DNA from: Octopus bimaculoides
Lineage: Eukaryota
Assembly: GCF_001194135.2 (NCBI RefSeq)
Contig: NC_068991.1
Location: 6,191,316 to 6,255,315, forward strand
DNA length: 64,000 bases
Direction of reading: 5' to 3'
Shown here: positions 39,904-52,600 of the stretch, piece after piece
Layout of the letters: each line of letters opens with the position of its first letter
How positions within the stretch are numbered: position 1 is the first letter of the stretch
Program-made: the position numbers and the translations under genes
Notes under the pieces: model-generated
Told to the model about the DNA's origin: nothing
Database searches by the model: none
What the model saw: only the letters and a program-made list of their open reading frames with translations

Positions 39904-40030
39904 CCTTAGGAATGAGAACCCAGGTTCAAAATTTCCCCAAGACACCTGATGAAGGCTGGAGGGTATATCAGCCAAAACGTTGTGTTAACAACAAACAAGA
40001 TGAGGACAAATATTCGTCAAATGTAAATAA
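39904..40030 (+). mobile_element. Inverted duplicate of the H2 hammerhead tail
   Basis: Reverse complement of 39673-39799 with 9 mismatches in 127 bp and no indels. Contains GACAC-CTGATGA-AGGCTG...CAGCC-AAAAC-GTT-GTGTT. Confidence 0.8.
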
Positions 40031-41227
40031 TGTACATAATTCCTTGCATCCCAAATATAAAACTGTAAAACCCAACTTTAGTTCAAATTCTCAAAGAATT
40101 GACATATGTACCCTCAAAAACTTTTGGAAGCAATTGGTTCAATATCAGTCTGATCAGAGCCTCACCAACACTATGTACCAAAATATAGTTTCAGAACCAA
40201 ATATTTCCGCTCTGCATGTGTATGGCTGCGGAACTCCATCAGTTACAATGATGAGTGTTCTAGTTCAACAGAACAGAACAGCTCGCTTGCAAAATTAACA
40301 TGCCATGGCTGAGCACTCAACAGATATGCATAACCTTAATGTAATTCCCAAGAATATTCAACATGACACAGAATGTGACATGGCCAACCCTTTGAAATAC
40401 AGGCACGAGCTCATTTTTACCAGCTGAGCAGCTGTGTATATAAATGTGCCATTCTATATGTCATCTATGTTTCAAATGTAGATTTGAATTTGCTAAACTA
40501 ATGAAAACAGTATTTCTTAGTAACCCATAGCCCCCCCCTCCTCCTCCTGTTACATATCTCTTTACTGTTTACATGTTTAATTTCTCTTATCTTTGTGAGA
40601 AGCATGTGAAATGTAGATTGTTTTGCTTAGTTTTTTTTTTTCTAGTTTTCAATTGATCCCTGGCTTTTTCGTCCAACAACTGCACTTCTCAAATAAGTGG
40701 TCTTTTATTTTATTTTCTCTTTAATATCTGGTTAAGTACAGGAAGTACCTCTTTTGTACTCTTTGCCCAGATAACTACAACTGCCTATGAATTTGACTTT
40801 ATAGTAACTTGGTTTTAGCTTGTGTAAAAAATTATATTCTGAATGTCACCTACCTACATCCTATGCCTCTGTGTTATTCTTAATTTTAGTCTGTTAGCTT
40901 ATCAACCATAAATAGAACTTAGTTCTGATTTACTGTAATAAATATGGTGGTAGTCTAACGACACAGAAGTTTAAGTCTGATAGCTACCTCAATGCTATTA
41001 GTGAACGAGACCTTAATTATTATTTAATTAAGGATGTGTTTTACAAGCAGATCACCAAACCATAGCGACCCCAACACAAACAACGCATACAGAGATCTGC
41101 TTGGTCATTAAACAGGTTAACTTTTTAAAGTTATCTTTACAGATATATATTCTTTTATTCTTTTATTCATATCAGAATGGTAGTTATGTTAATTTTGAAT
41201 TATTTTTCTTTTCGTCTTTATTTGCAG

Positions 41228-41324
41228 TAATCTCATTTTTCAATCATGTCAATCTGTTATATGGAGCAATATCAGAATATTGCACCCTGGAAGGTTGTCC
41301 TCTCATGAATGGGCCTGGAAACGT
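41228..41324 (+). CDS. MOB2: MOB2-like coding exon
   Basis: TTGCAG acceptor, GTAAGT donor at 41325, phase 1 in and phase 2 out. Encodes VISFFNHVNLLYGAISEYCTLEGCPLMNGPGNV with the two Zn-ligand cysteines (CxxxxC). Confidence 0.95.
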
Positions 41325-41409
41325 GTAAGTTAAATACCGTTTTTTTTTATCTTGCTTAAAATATGGATGTGTTTTAACTGAAATTTAAAAAAAGAATAAG
41401 TGGCAACAG

Positions 41410-41840
41410 AAAAAAAAAAGAAGGGTGGGGAACAACAGTATTATGAAACTGTAGATAGATGAGAAATAGTGAGATGATGCGAAGTGAGGTGGAGAGTGAG
41501 AGAAAGATGCACAGCGACAGAGATGGAAGTCAGAGATACGTAAGGGTGGAAATAGTGAGTGACAGAGACGAGGGGCTGTCAATGGCAGATACAAGAAGGT
41601 ACACAGGGAAAATGGGTGTTCAATGGAAACTAAAGTGGTAAAGGATAATATCGAGTAGTTTGAAGGAGAGGGGTAAGTGGAAGCACAAAAGGGGGGATGG
41701 AATCTGTGCAGTTCTCTGCTCATATAATTGCAGTAGCTGAGTGATGGAGGAATGAGTATTAGGGAGAGAAGTTGTGGGGAAGGCTTGAGAGGGGCAGAAT
41801 GAGTGCAGGGGCCTAAAATGATATGTTTTTAGGACCCCGT
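41410..41840 (-). mobile_element. Purine-rich segment, possibly a decayed Penelope-like 3' end
   Basis: Strong strand skew. The minus-strand fragment CASTYPSPSN weakly recalls the PLE terminal (S)LCxxxPxGLN motif. Confidence 0.25.
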
Positions 41841-42825
41841 GCTAACAAATCGTTACCAGCATGCTAATGATTCTGCCAGATTGCCACTTTAATAATAATA
41901 ATGATGATGATGATGATGATGATAATAATGTCAGTAAGGTTCTAAGTATTTGAAAGACTTCTGAACACCTGTGGGTACCAAAGGTTACAGATAGTAACCC
42001 GCTACCCACGTAAATCCTACCAGGAATAAAAGCGAACCTGAGCCAAACCAAAACAAATATACATGAGTATCTGTGTCAGTAATCTGTTCAAGGCTCTATT
42101 GTTGTAACTGAATGGAGTTATATTTGCATGGCAGCTTTTACAATGCTCTTTCTATTACTGTCAAGTTTAAATCCTGCATTAGGTCATGTAATGTCCCATT
42201 TCTTCTTTGATGGTTGATACAATAAGTTCAATGTCATTCTTGTTGTTGTTTAGGTCATAGTCAGTCCTAACTGAGTAAACCTGTGAGCAAATACATTCCA
42301 GCCATGAACATCTCATCTGTTTGTATATCCAGGGCTGCTTTTTTCTCGTATGTCCTTACCTTCTGAAAGATGGTAGGTGTAATTTGAATGAGATTGGGTA
42401 CTATTTCTAGCATTTGAGCAACCACAGAGACATCCTTCATTGAGTCATTATGATTTGATTGTGCTTTTGTTGGCGGCAGGGTGGGGCTGTTTCTTTTATG
42501 GTATTAGCTTTGTATCGGATCAAATTTTCTTTATTTCCATTTGCATCTCTGAAGACTCGGTTTTTGGATACAATTTTTTCCACGTATTCCAGAGGGTATT
42601 TCCAGTAATAACATTTGCTAATTTCCCTTAGAGTAACTCAGAACGTAAAGACAGATGAAATACCACTTAGCATTTTGCCCGGTGTGCTAACATTTCTGCC
42701 TTACTGGTCCAAATATTGTTTTATATCCAAACTGACCAGATCCAGCCTCTCATACATACCCTGCAATGTCATTCTAAAAATAAAAAATCACAGCATCAAA
42801 ATCTTGAAGCTACAAAATACTTTTT

Positions 42826-43198
42826 TCCTTATTCCTTTAACTTGTTTCGGTCACTTGACTGTGGCCATGCTGGAGCACCACCTCAAAGAACTTTTAGTCA
42901 AATGAAATGACCCCAGGACTTATTTTTTATTTTAAGCCTGGTATTTATTTTATTGGCCTCTGTTGCCAAACTGCTTAGTTACAGGGATGTAAACACACCA
43001 ACAACAGTGGTGGCACACACATACATACACACACAGCAGGCTTCTTTCAGTTTCTACCTACCAAATCCACTCACAAGGCTTTGGTCTTCCCAAGGCTATA
43101 GTAGAAGACACTTGCCTAAGATGCCACGCCATGGGTCTGAACCTAGAACCATGTGGTTGAGAAGCAAACTTCTTACCACACAGCCATGTCTGTGCCTG
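42826..43198 (-). mobile_element. SINE family A copy
   Basis: Reverse copy with head and tail. Confidence 0.8.
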
Positions 43199-43199
43199 A

Positions 43200-43280
43200 T
43201 TGATTAATACATGATTAATTGAAAACAGTGTAAATAAATAAGCATAATATTTAACAGTAATCTGAATGCTAAAGGGTTAA
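43200..43280. mobile_element. TTAA MITE, single-end fragment
   Basis: Ends TCTGAATGCTAAAGGGTTAA, the reverse complement of the family left end. Confidence 0.55.
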
Positions 43281-43756
43281 TGTTATAGCAGCCACGTCTT
43301 CAATGAAAAGCCAATGCTGTATTAAGAAAATGTCCATCACGAACATTCCCATATTGAATCCTTCCATGACTCATATCAGACATTTTGTCTAATCAGTAGA
43401 TTAGGCAACGTCCTACTTGACCTCCTCTGATAGATTTTTATGACAAATTCAGATTTGTTGCTTTTCTTCTTATCTGTGTCTTGTTGGTTGTAAGTGAAAT
43501 GTCTCTTTCCATGAAATAGTGACTTCTCAATTAATTAGGGCTACGTTCAAATCTGTTACAGGTATCTCATTGTGTCATTGAGCAGCACTTGTGACCAATC
43601 ACAATTGCATTAAACATCATAGTTTTACATCCTGAATGCCAATTCTCTTCACCAAAATATAAACAACTATATGAGCAGCATATGGGAACCAGTATTTAGG
43701 AGGGGTAGAAAAATATTGGATTTATAAGCCCTAAAATTCACTCAATAATTGCCCAC

Positions 43757-43985
43757 GGGCATATGGCGTAATGGTTAAGAGCACAGGCTACTAACCCCAA
43801 GATTTCGAGTTCGATTCCAAGCAGTGACCTGAACACTAATAATAATATCGAAAAATACCTTAGGAATGAGAACCCAGGTTCGAAATTTCCCCAAGACACC
43901 TGATGAAGGCTGGAGGGTTTATCTGCCAAAACGTGTTAACAACAAACAAGATGAGGACAAATATCCGTCAAATGTAAATAATGTA
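43757..43985 (+). mobile_element. tRNA-headed, hammerhead-tailed SINE-like element (family H2), second locus
   Basis: A box TGGCGTAATGG 43764-43774, B box GTTCGATTCC 43809-43818, linker, then a tail with CTGATGA at 43900-43906 homologous to 39904-40030. Confidence 0.78.
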
Positions 43986-44783
43986 AACTATAAAGTTGAT
44001 TTGAAAGAAGACAAAATTGAAATATGCTGCTCATATAACATAGTTTATTTCTGAGAAATCTATTATTCCAGTCTACTGTTACAGCATTGAATTTATATAC
44101 ACAGAACCATACATTTTCCCCCAACACCACCACTAAAATATTTTTCAATAACTGTATCATGAAACCTACTAAACTTCTGTTTATTCCATAAATTTACTTG
44201 TAAGACATGTGTTTATCTTATACAAGTGTGCATCTTATACACTGGCAAATATGGTACTTTTTAAGTCCATTCTCTCTACAACGAAAGTGTATTTCTAATT
44301 TGGTTTTTGTTTATTTTAGAGAAGATAAATTTTCTCTTTTAACACATTTATAAACACAGTGCAGTGTTATTCGAATTCATGGCAAGTTTACCTTAAAATA
44401 TTCAGCTTATCTGATATCAGTATGTCATGGATACCAGCCTCATTAAAACTTTATGTAGTCTTACTCGACAGCTGAGCCATTACATGTTAGACCAAAGCAT
44501 TTCATTCTAGAACCAGCAATATTCTTCGTGTTTTCTAAATCTATGACGCTCAGAAATACTAAATATGCCAGCAATTAATTTTCCCAGTTTCAAATCAGCC
44601 AAACGTTTTGTCACATTGGTGTAAGATAGTCAGAATGTTGCTAACTCTACAACACCTTTCTCTTAGACTAAAGGTTGGGAGATGTACGAAACAGGAATGT
44701 TCTATATACGTCAGGTGTTCTATTATTTTCTTCACCAGCATTGTTACGTGTGAGCTTGAAGGTGTAATGTTGTGTAGAAGCTG

Positions 44784-44866
44784 GAAAATCTGAACTATAT
44801 ACAGGTGAGAAAATCTGAACTGTATACAGGTGAGAGAATCTCACCTGTATACAAGTGAGAAAATCT
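44784..44866. repeat. 25-bp tandem repeat (about 3.3 units) with an internal perfect hairpin
   Basis: Unit GAAAATCTGAACT(A/G)TATACAGGTGA; 15-bp inverted arms at 44821-44835 and 44839-44853. Confidence 0.85.
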
Positions 44867-45606
44867 TACACAAATAGAATGTTTCAGGAATTTCACAGTG
44901 AAGTGATAATGGCATGTTTATAGTAGAAGAATACAAACGAGTATGTAGTGTGCTCATTACCTCCAAGCTTTTGGTTCACAGTTACAAGAATTGCTAATGT
45001 CCTTGGGAAAGTAATGAATACCACAGGATTCTATATTCCCTCCTGTAATATAAAACCTTTACACTTAATTAAGAAATGATTTTAAAATGCTATCTAGTCA
45101 ATTTACAAATTATCTGAAATTTTAATGAAACCTCTGTCTTTATCATTACTAAACATAATTTAATAATGATAAAGATAGGGGTATCAACTGGCTCATAAAT
45201 GGTGTTTATACATTAAGTATGATACATAGATGGCTATTTTAGTTTAATACTGACTCACTTGCATATACTGGATTAAATTATGTGTGGTATGAATGCCTTT
45301 GCTTTTGAATAGAGAAAATAATAAGCTTTCGCCATGGAGTCAGACTGTTTAATATGACATATAGATATTTCTTGGTGGATATGTTATGAAGTATGACAAA
45401 TGTATGGACATAAAGTGTCAACTATGATGAGACTGCTTTAATATTTATAATAGATTGTCCTTAACCTTTCTGTGAATGGCATTTAAGTTTAATCATTTAT
45501 AGTCTTTGTCTTTATGGATTTTCTAAAATACCGACTGTTTACAATATAGTAAGTAAATATTGCTATGAAATTTCAAATTTTCAGTTTAGTCTTCACTCAG
45601 TTACAT

Positions 45607-46090
45607 CAGGGGTTCTCAACCTTTTTCTTACGTATTTTTCTTACGCAAGATGTTCAAAGTAATCTTAGCTTGCTCATAAATAAATAGTCTAATTTTGAAT
45701 TAATTCTCAATTACCTTTTTGTATTTGGGTATTTATTTTAGTCAGAGTTTATACGACCGAAATTATAATGTTTAAAACACTAAGCCATCGTATATTAACA
45801 ACATGACAGAATAAACTTCTAAAAGATACAGTACAAACACTTGTGGAATGGAAATTACTGCAGATTGAATCATGAGACATCATAGTATTGTTTTCATAAA
45901 ACTATGTTGCAAAGCGCTTATTTAAGAAAACAAATTCAAGATTGTGAATAGAGCTACTGTCATCTGATATCTTTCTGATATGATCTAAATAAAACCAAGT
46001 GTTTTCTCTAACACACATGTGCACATGTACATACACACATTTGTAGAGGTGATAGGGTAATGCTATGAAGCAAATGGTTGGCCCCTAGCA
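45607..46090. mobile_element. Possible hAT-type non-autonomous DNA transposon remnant
   Basis: Left end CAGGGGTTCTCAACC resembles hAT/Charlie-type TIRs. The right end is degenerate and no TSD was found. Confidence 0.3.
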
Positions 46091-46972
46091 AATAGCTTTT
46101 GTAACTCAGTATCTGTGGCCCTTTGAAGATGTTTCTCTTCACTTGGACCACCAATGTCTTATTATTCCTTTCCCTTAAAATATATATCGATAGGGATCAG
46201 TTATAAAAAAAAAACACAAAAAAAAAAACCTTACAGAACCAGTGTCTGTGGAGACAAAATATATGACTGGATCAGGGGTACTATCCGTCATAGGGTTCAG
46301 TCCACAGAAAGGATTCCATTTTTGATACATTTTGGGGCATCCATTCTACCTGTTTGAAAAATGGGTATCTTTTTCATTTCATTACTGCTTAGTTAACAAT
46401 ACAATAGTACAATAGTTAAGGTACTCTGTGTGTGTGTGTGTGTGTGTGCAAGTATGCATTTGCCTGTACACATAGGGTGAAGACCCCATCCCCTACTTTG
46501 CTTTTCTGACACCATGTTTCCAAACACAGAATTATGTTCATAGGGTGTTTACAAACATAAATCTGTGTTTGCGTATGAGAAAAGAAAACTATTTTAAATG
46601 ATTTAACTGGTGTTAGAGATGAGATTCACCAAATGTAAATTCTTTAGAGATTTTTCACTCTCTTGAAATCTTTGCTGCGTTAGATACACTTAGAGTTTGT
46701 TAGCTCCATTATCATCTAAAGTCTTCCTCCTTTCTTGCAAATCAGGCAGTGCATTGTGTTCTTGAGCAAAGCATTTCATTTCACATTGCTCCAGTCCACT
46801 CAGCTGTCAATGGGTAACCCCCTGCGATGGACCAGCAGGGTGGTATCATCTGCTCGTCTCGCCAGCAGGGTAGTATTATTTGAAACGCATTGTGCCCAGT
46901 GATGTATAACATCTGATTGTCTGGTCAATTATGTGACCATGTTATACACACACACACACACACATTATTGTA

Positions 46973-47198
46973 AAGGCAGGCATCAAGCTGGCGGAAACGT
47001 TAGCATGCCGGGCAAAATGCTTAGTGGTATTTCATCTGCCGCTACGTTCTGGGTTCAAATTCTGCCGAGGTCGACTTTGCCTTTCATCCTTTTGGGGTCG
47101 ATTAAATAATAAGTACCAGTTACGCACTGGTGTCGATATAATTAACTTAATCTGTTTGTCCCCTCTGTGTGTAGCCCCTTGTGGGTAGTAAAGAAATA
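46973..47198 (+). mobile_element. SINE family B, full length
   Basis: GCTGGCGGAAACGTTAGCATGCCGGG...GGGTTCAAATTCTGCCGAGGTCGACTTTGCCTTTCATCC...CCCCTTGTGGGTAGTAAAGAAAT. Confidence 0.82.
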
Positions 47199-47776
47199 AC
47201 ACACATTATTGTTATAGATGAGGGCATTTAACCATATGTATGTTGATACACACATGCATACACATTTTGTTTAAAACCTAATTATAAATTTGCCATTAGC
47301 AAGTGTTTTCAATCCCTCCAACTATCGAGAATATTGACATATAATAGCCTTGAGGTGCCTCTTTAGAATCGGTTGATAAATAATACAATTGTGTCTGTCT
47401 CTAATCTATAGTTGTGGCATTGACAAGTCTATATTATTAGTATTATAATGTCATTTGGTAACACCTGGCTCACTGTAAATATTAAGGCAATATTTTGTAT
47501 TAGATTCTCAAAAATGTTTATCATGTGATAGGTTTATCTCTATGAACACAGTTATGCTAAGCCTGTTTAAATGTTTTTGATGGCAGAGGATAAAAATAAA
47601 TGTTTTTTAGTGATGATGTGTTTTTAATGGTGAATGAATGTGAACTTTGTTTTAAAAAAATATTTTAAATATTTACGATTTGAAAGAGAATGATTTGTGT
47701 GTGTGTGAGAGTTTATGTGAAATTAATATTAGCAAATGGTAAATAGATTTATCACAATTCACTTAGGTCATAGCTA

Positions 47777-48090
47777 TTCTTTTACTTGTTTCAGTTATTT
47801 GACTGTGGCTATGCTGGAGCACCGCCTTTTAGTCAAAGAAATCGGTCCCAAGACTTATTCTTTGTAAGCTTAGTACTTACTATGTCAGCCTCTTTTGCTG
47901 AACCGCTAAGTTACAGGGACATAAACACACCAACATCAGTTGTCAAGCAAAGGAGGGGAACAAACACATACAAATATATATACATACATATATATATATG
48001 ACGGGCTTCTTTCATTTTCTATTTACCAAATCCACTCATAAGGCTTTGGTTGGGCCAAGGCTATAATAGAAGACACTTGCCCAAGGTGCC
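47777..48090 (-). mobile_element. SINE family A, 5'-truncated
   Basis: Reverse copy ending at CACTTGCCCAAGGTGCC. Confidence 0.78.
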
Positions 48091-50783
48091 ATATATGTTT
48101 TCTGTCCACTGTACATGGCACCACCATGAAACGGGCTCCTCGACAACAAGTCTTGAAGTGAAGAGGTTATGGTGGTGCTTACTCTGTCAAGTCTCGGTTT
48201 TCTTTTGCTAAATGTTTGCGATCACCATGGTAGACCAACATCAATCATATAAATACAATAACATTCCTGGTTTAATGTTATATCACTTCTCTTTTACTTT
48301 CGAAGTGTCTGGGCTTTAACAAAGAAATCAATAGATTTGATTACATATTCTTGTTGCCCAAGAAGGTCTTTTTTTTTTTGTATATTAGCCTACACTTTTA
48401 ATACCAACATGTGTTAATGTACAAGGAAGAACATCTTTGATTTCATTTTGTTTTTACTTTGATTCAACAGCAGGTTGCAAACAGACTGAAAATTACAATT
48501 ATTATGAATATCTTTAATATTTTTTTTTCAAAACTATATTTAAACATTTTCACTCTACTTTATGTTAATAACATAGCAGTTTGCAGATGGGATTTTTTTC
48601 CCTTCTCTTTTGTTCTATATTAGCACCATTAGTTGAAACACTATAATTTGTACAGAGGTTACAATTATTAATAATATGGTTTGTCATACATTATACCATG
48701 TTCTTTCACTAGCAGTTCAGTTATTCGAAAATGCTATACAATTCTTCCAGACATGTATGATTCCAGTTATTTAGCCTTGAAATCCATTCATAGTGTTTCC
48801 TCAATATATTGATTGTCTGTCTGGCAGAAGTTCTGTGATAATTTTAGCCTCACATAAATATTAATGCTACCTGTGTTTAGAAAGTTGGCAACATGCCACA
48901 AATGTTTCATTTCCTTCTGACTTTTCATTCATTCAAATATATATACACATACACACCTATCTATCTATCTATATATACACACACACCTATCTATCTATCT
49001 ATATATACACACACACCTATCTATCTCTATATATATATCCACACACACATGCATATATATATATTTTTTTCTTCAGAGGTATTTTTCTATTTCATATTTC
49101 TCATTTTTGATTATCTGAATAAATGATATGACATCATTGGCAGATTTTTAAATACATTTTTAATCTACTTAGTACACAGTTATGGCTGTGTGGTAAGAAG
49201 TTTACTTCCCAACCACATGGTTCTAAGTTCAGTCCTACTGCATGGCACCTTGGGCAAGCGTCACCTACTATAGCCTCAAGCTGGCCAAAGCCTTGTGATT
49301 GGATTTGGCAGATGGAAACTGAAAGAAGCCTGTTGTGTGAGTGTGTCACTGTCTTTTTATCGCTGTCATTTTCACAGAAGACTGGAAATGAATATGTCCG
49401 GTCATGTGGCAGCATTACCTTAGTTGGAAACAGGTGAAGGTTGGCAACAGGAAAGGCATCTGGCTGTTGAAAATTTGTCTCAACAAATTCTAAATCAGGC
49501 AAACATGAAAAAAATGGATGTTAAAATGCTGATGATGATGATGATTGTGTTTGTTCTGTATAATACAGATGACTACTTGATTATAGATTTTTATAAAGAA
49601 AACAGTCAACATTAGAGATTATAGATTGTTTTTTGTGTTGTTGTTGTTGTTATCCAGCATTTCTTTGACTAACTATAGTGTTATTTTTAAGCACTTATTG
49701 AAATGAAAATATTTTCTGTTATTACAGAAAAACTACCTTCTATTGATTTTCCATAAAAGTAGAGAAAAAAAAACTAATGGCATTTTAAATGTTTCTCTCT
49801 TGATATTCTGGCTATTTATTGATAAATGTTTTGAGAAATTTGGCTATCAGTGACTGCAGATGCTCTCATCTATATGTAATTTTATATGAAAGGTGCATGC
49901 AGTGGTTGTCATTGTTGTTTAACGTCTGCTTTACATGCTGGCATGGATTGGATGGTTTTTACATTATCTATCTGTAACAAACAAACAAACAAAAGAGAAG
50001 TTGTTTCACCTAATTTAGACACCTCTACTTTGTGTCTGCTAAGAATACCAAGAATAAAAACGAGCCAGGTGTGTTGTTTTTCTCGTGCACACATGCACTC
50101 ACTGACTTGAACCAGCTTGAATTACTAGTAATAAAAATGAAAACAGACCAATGACTTGGTGTTATGTTACAAAGGAAATTTTAAGCTTGTGGTAAATTTA
50201 AATGTTTTGTTATATTATTGCTGCTATTAAAGAAATTATGATGGTTGTGTGATAGAGGCAGTATAGTGTCTCCCTGTCACCAAACCTCATCGGTTTCCAA
50301 GCAAGGTAATATTTCCACTTAGTCAGACATGTTTTTCTCAGAATATTAGAAATGAATGACACTGCTTGTATGACAGTGATACTCATTTACAATTACCACA
50401 CAATGTTACCCCTGCCACATCAATGTGTGCACAGATGTGCATGAGTTTGTAAAATATACTTCATAAAAGAGTATATATTTAATCAGGGTTACAGATATGC
50501 CGGTTTTGCTGCTGTTTCAATTAACTTATATAAGCATTTCAATGTAATGTTTATTTGTTTTGGAAATCTGAATTTAACAAAAAAAGTTTTTCATTTAGAA
50601 CGGAAACAAACCTTGTAGTATTTATTATAGCATTATGTAATAACCTTATATATGTGTGTGCATGCATATGTGTGAGTGTGTGCACATATCTGTATGCGTG
50701 CACGTGTGTATGTCCGTTGTATATATATATGTGTGCATGCATATGTATGTACATATGTGTGCATATCTGTGTTTGTATGTATA

Positions 50784-50833
<50 letters not shown>

Positions 50834-51467
50834 NNNNNNNNNNNNNNNNNNNNNNNNNNNNNNNNNNNNNNNNNNNNNNNNNNNNNNNNNNNNNNNNNNN
50901 NNNNNNNNNNNNNNNNNNNNNNNNNNNNNNNNNNNNNNNNNNNNNNNNNNNNNNNNNNNNNNNNNNNNNNNNNNNNNNNNNNNNNNNNNNNNNNNNNNNN
51001 NNNNNNNNNNNNNNNNNNNNNNNNNNNNNNNNNNNNNNNNNNNNNNNNNNNNNNNNNNNNNNNNNNNNNNNNNNNNNNNNNNNNNNNNNNNNNNNNNNNN
51101 NNNNNNNNNNNNNNNNNNNNNNNCTGTTGAGTTTCTGTCTTTTTATCAATATGGTTGCTAGTCTCTTTGTCTTTGTGTTGTCACTTTCTTCCCAAGATTG
51201 CAATACCATAAAACCCATTGGCAATATGCAAATTCTCATCATCATCATCCTTGTTGTCATCATCACTATTCTTAATGGTGTCATCATCGTCGTCATCATC
51301 ATTATCCTTATCATTGCCATCATCATCACCAGCTTCATCATTGTCATCATCAATGACCCCTGGACATTAGTCTCAACTCCTTACACTGTAAAAACATTTT
51401 CTTCAGGCTCTTTTTAAAATCCAACAACACAGGACTTCAGTTGGGATTCTTTCTCTCTCGTTTGCAG

Positions 51468-51592
51468 GCAATATTTCTGGCATGATGAAAAAGGCAAGAA
51501 GTTCAAGTGTACAGCTCCAGAATATGTAGATTATGTTATGTCATTTATCCAGAAGGATATTTTAGAAGAATCCATTTTCCCAACAAAGTTTG
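51468..51592 (+). CDS. MOB2: MOB2-like coding exon
   Basis: TTGCAG acceptor, GTAAGT donor at 51593, phase 2 in and phase 1 out. Encodes QYFWHDEKGKKFKCTAPEYVDYVMSFIQKDILEESIFPTKFG, close to the human MOB2 segment QYYWYDERGKKVKCTAPQYVDFVM as recalled. Confidence 0.96.
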
Positions 51593-51633
51593 GTAAGTGT
51601 AAAAGATTTTCTTTCATGTGGGCTTTTGTTCTT

Positions 51634-51993
51634 TTATTACCTCCGCCCTTCGCCAAGGCAGAGATATTGTTTCCAGTGATGTTTGTCCGTGGACGAGATA
51701 TCTCAAGAACCGCTGGATGGATTCAGATGAAACTTTCAGGAATGTTTGGCCTCCTGACTGGCACAAACTGATTAGATTTTGGAATTGATCCAGTACTAGA
51801 CAAGGATTCTGCATTATTTATCCTGCTTTTTTTTTTACTTAAATTTTGAGAGTGGTTGGGTTCATTTTTAGTATTCTCGTTTGTGAGAGCAGTCAAGTTT
51901 ATTTCAGACATTCTCATTTTAAAAATCATCTCTGGCTAATCGTTGAGAGGACGTTGCCTTGGCGGAGGTTTGCACTCTCTGAGTGCTCTTGTT
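51634..51993 (+). mobile_element. Helentron-associated non-autonomous element (HINE/DINE-1-like)
   Basis: Subterminal inverted repeats ACCTCCGCC (51639-51647) and GGCGGAGGT (51961-51969), 3' hairpin GCACTC-TCT-GAGTGC, end CTTGTT, T-rich flanks. Confidence 0.7.
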
Positions 51994-52600
51994 TATTTAT
52001 TGGTAGTTTTTTGGGGGGATTTTTTTACTTTTTATTTATTGCTTTACCATTCTCAGTGTTTAGCCATCTGTACACAATAATTTCATCATTATTATTATTA
52101 TTTATATCAGCCCTGAATGGATGAAAGGTGAAGTCAACACTGGTGATATTTGAACACAGAACGTAAAGTCGGAAAAAATGCTGCTTAGCATTTTGTCTGA
52201 CGCAATAATGATTCTGCCAGTTTGCCACCCTAGCATTTATCTATATATTGATAATATTTTCTGTAACAAAGCTTATGTGCATGTGACTTTGCCTTTCATC
52301 CTTTCAGGGTCAATAAATTAAGTACCAGTTACGTACTGGGGTCAATGTAATCAACTTAATCCCTTGTTTGTCCCCTCTATGTTTAGCCCCTTGTGGGCAA
52401 TAAAGAAATAAGAAACTCTGTAAAGGGCATCCAGCTGTAGAAACTCTGCCAAAACAGACAGTGCAGCTCTTGGCCTTGCCAAACAGTCCAACCCTTGGAA
52501 AATAGAAGTTAAATGATAATTTAATTTTATGTCTAATGTATATTTGTGTCTCTAAAACATAACAAATAACTGAAATCTTGTCATTTGTTCTTCATTCCAG

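Noticed and set aside
43757-43832. tRNA gene call for this and other tRNA-like heads
   Set aside because: Acceptor and D stems do not pair properly and each head is fused to a repeat body; these are SINE heads, not functional tRNAs.
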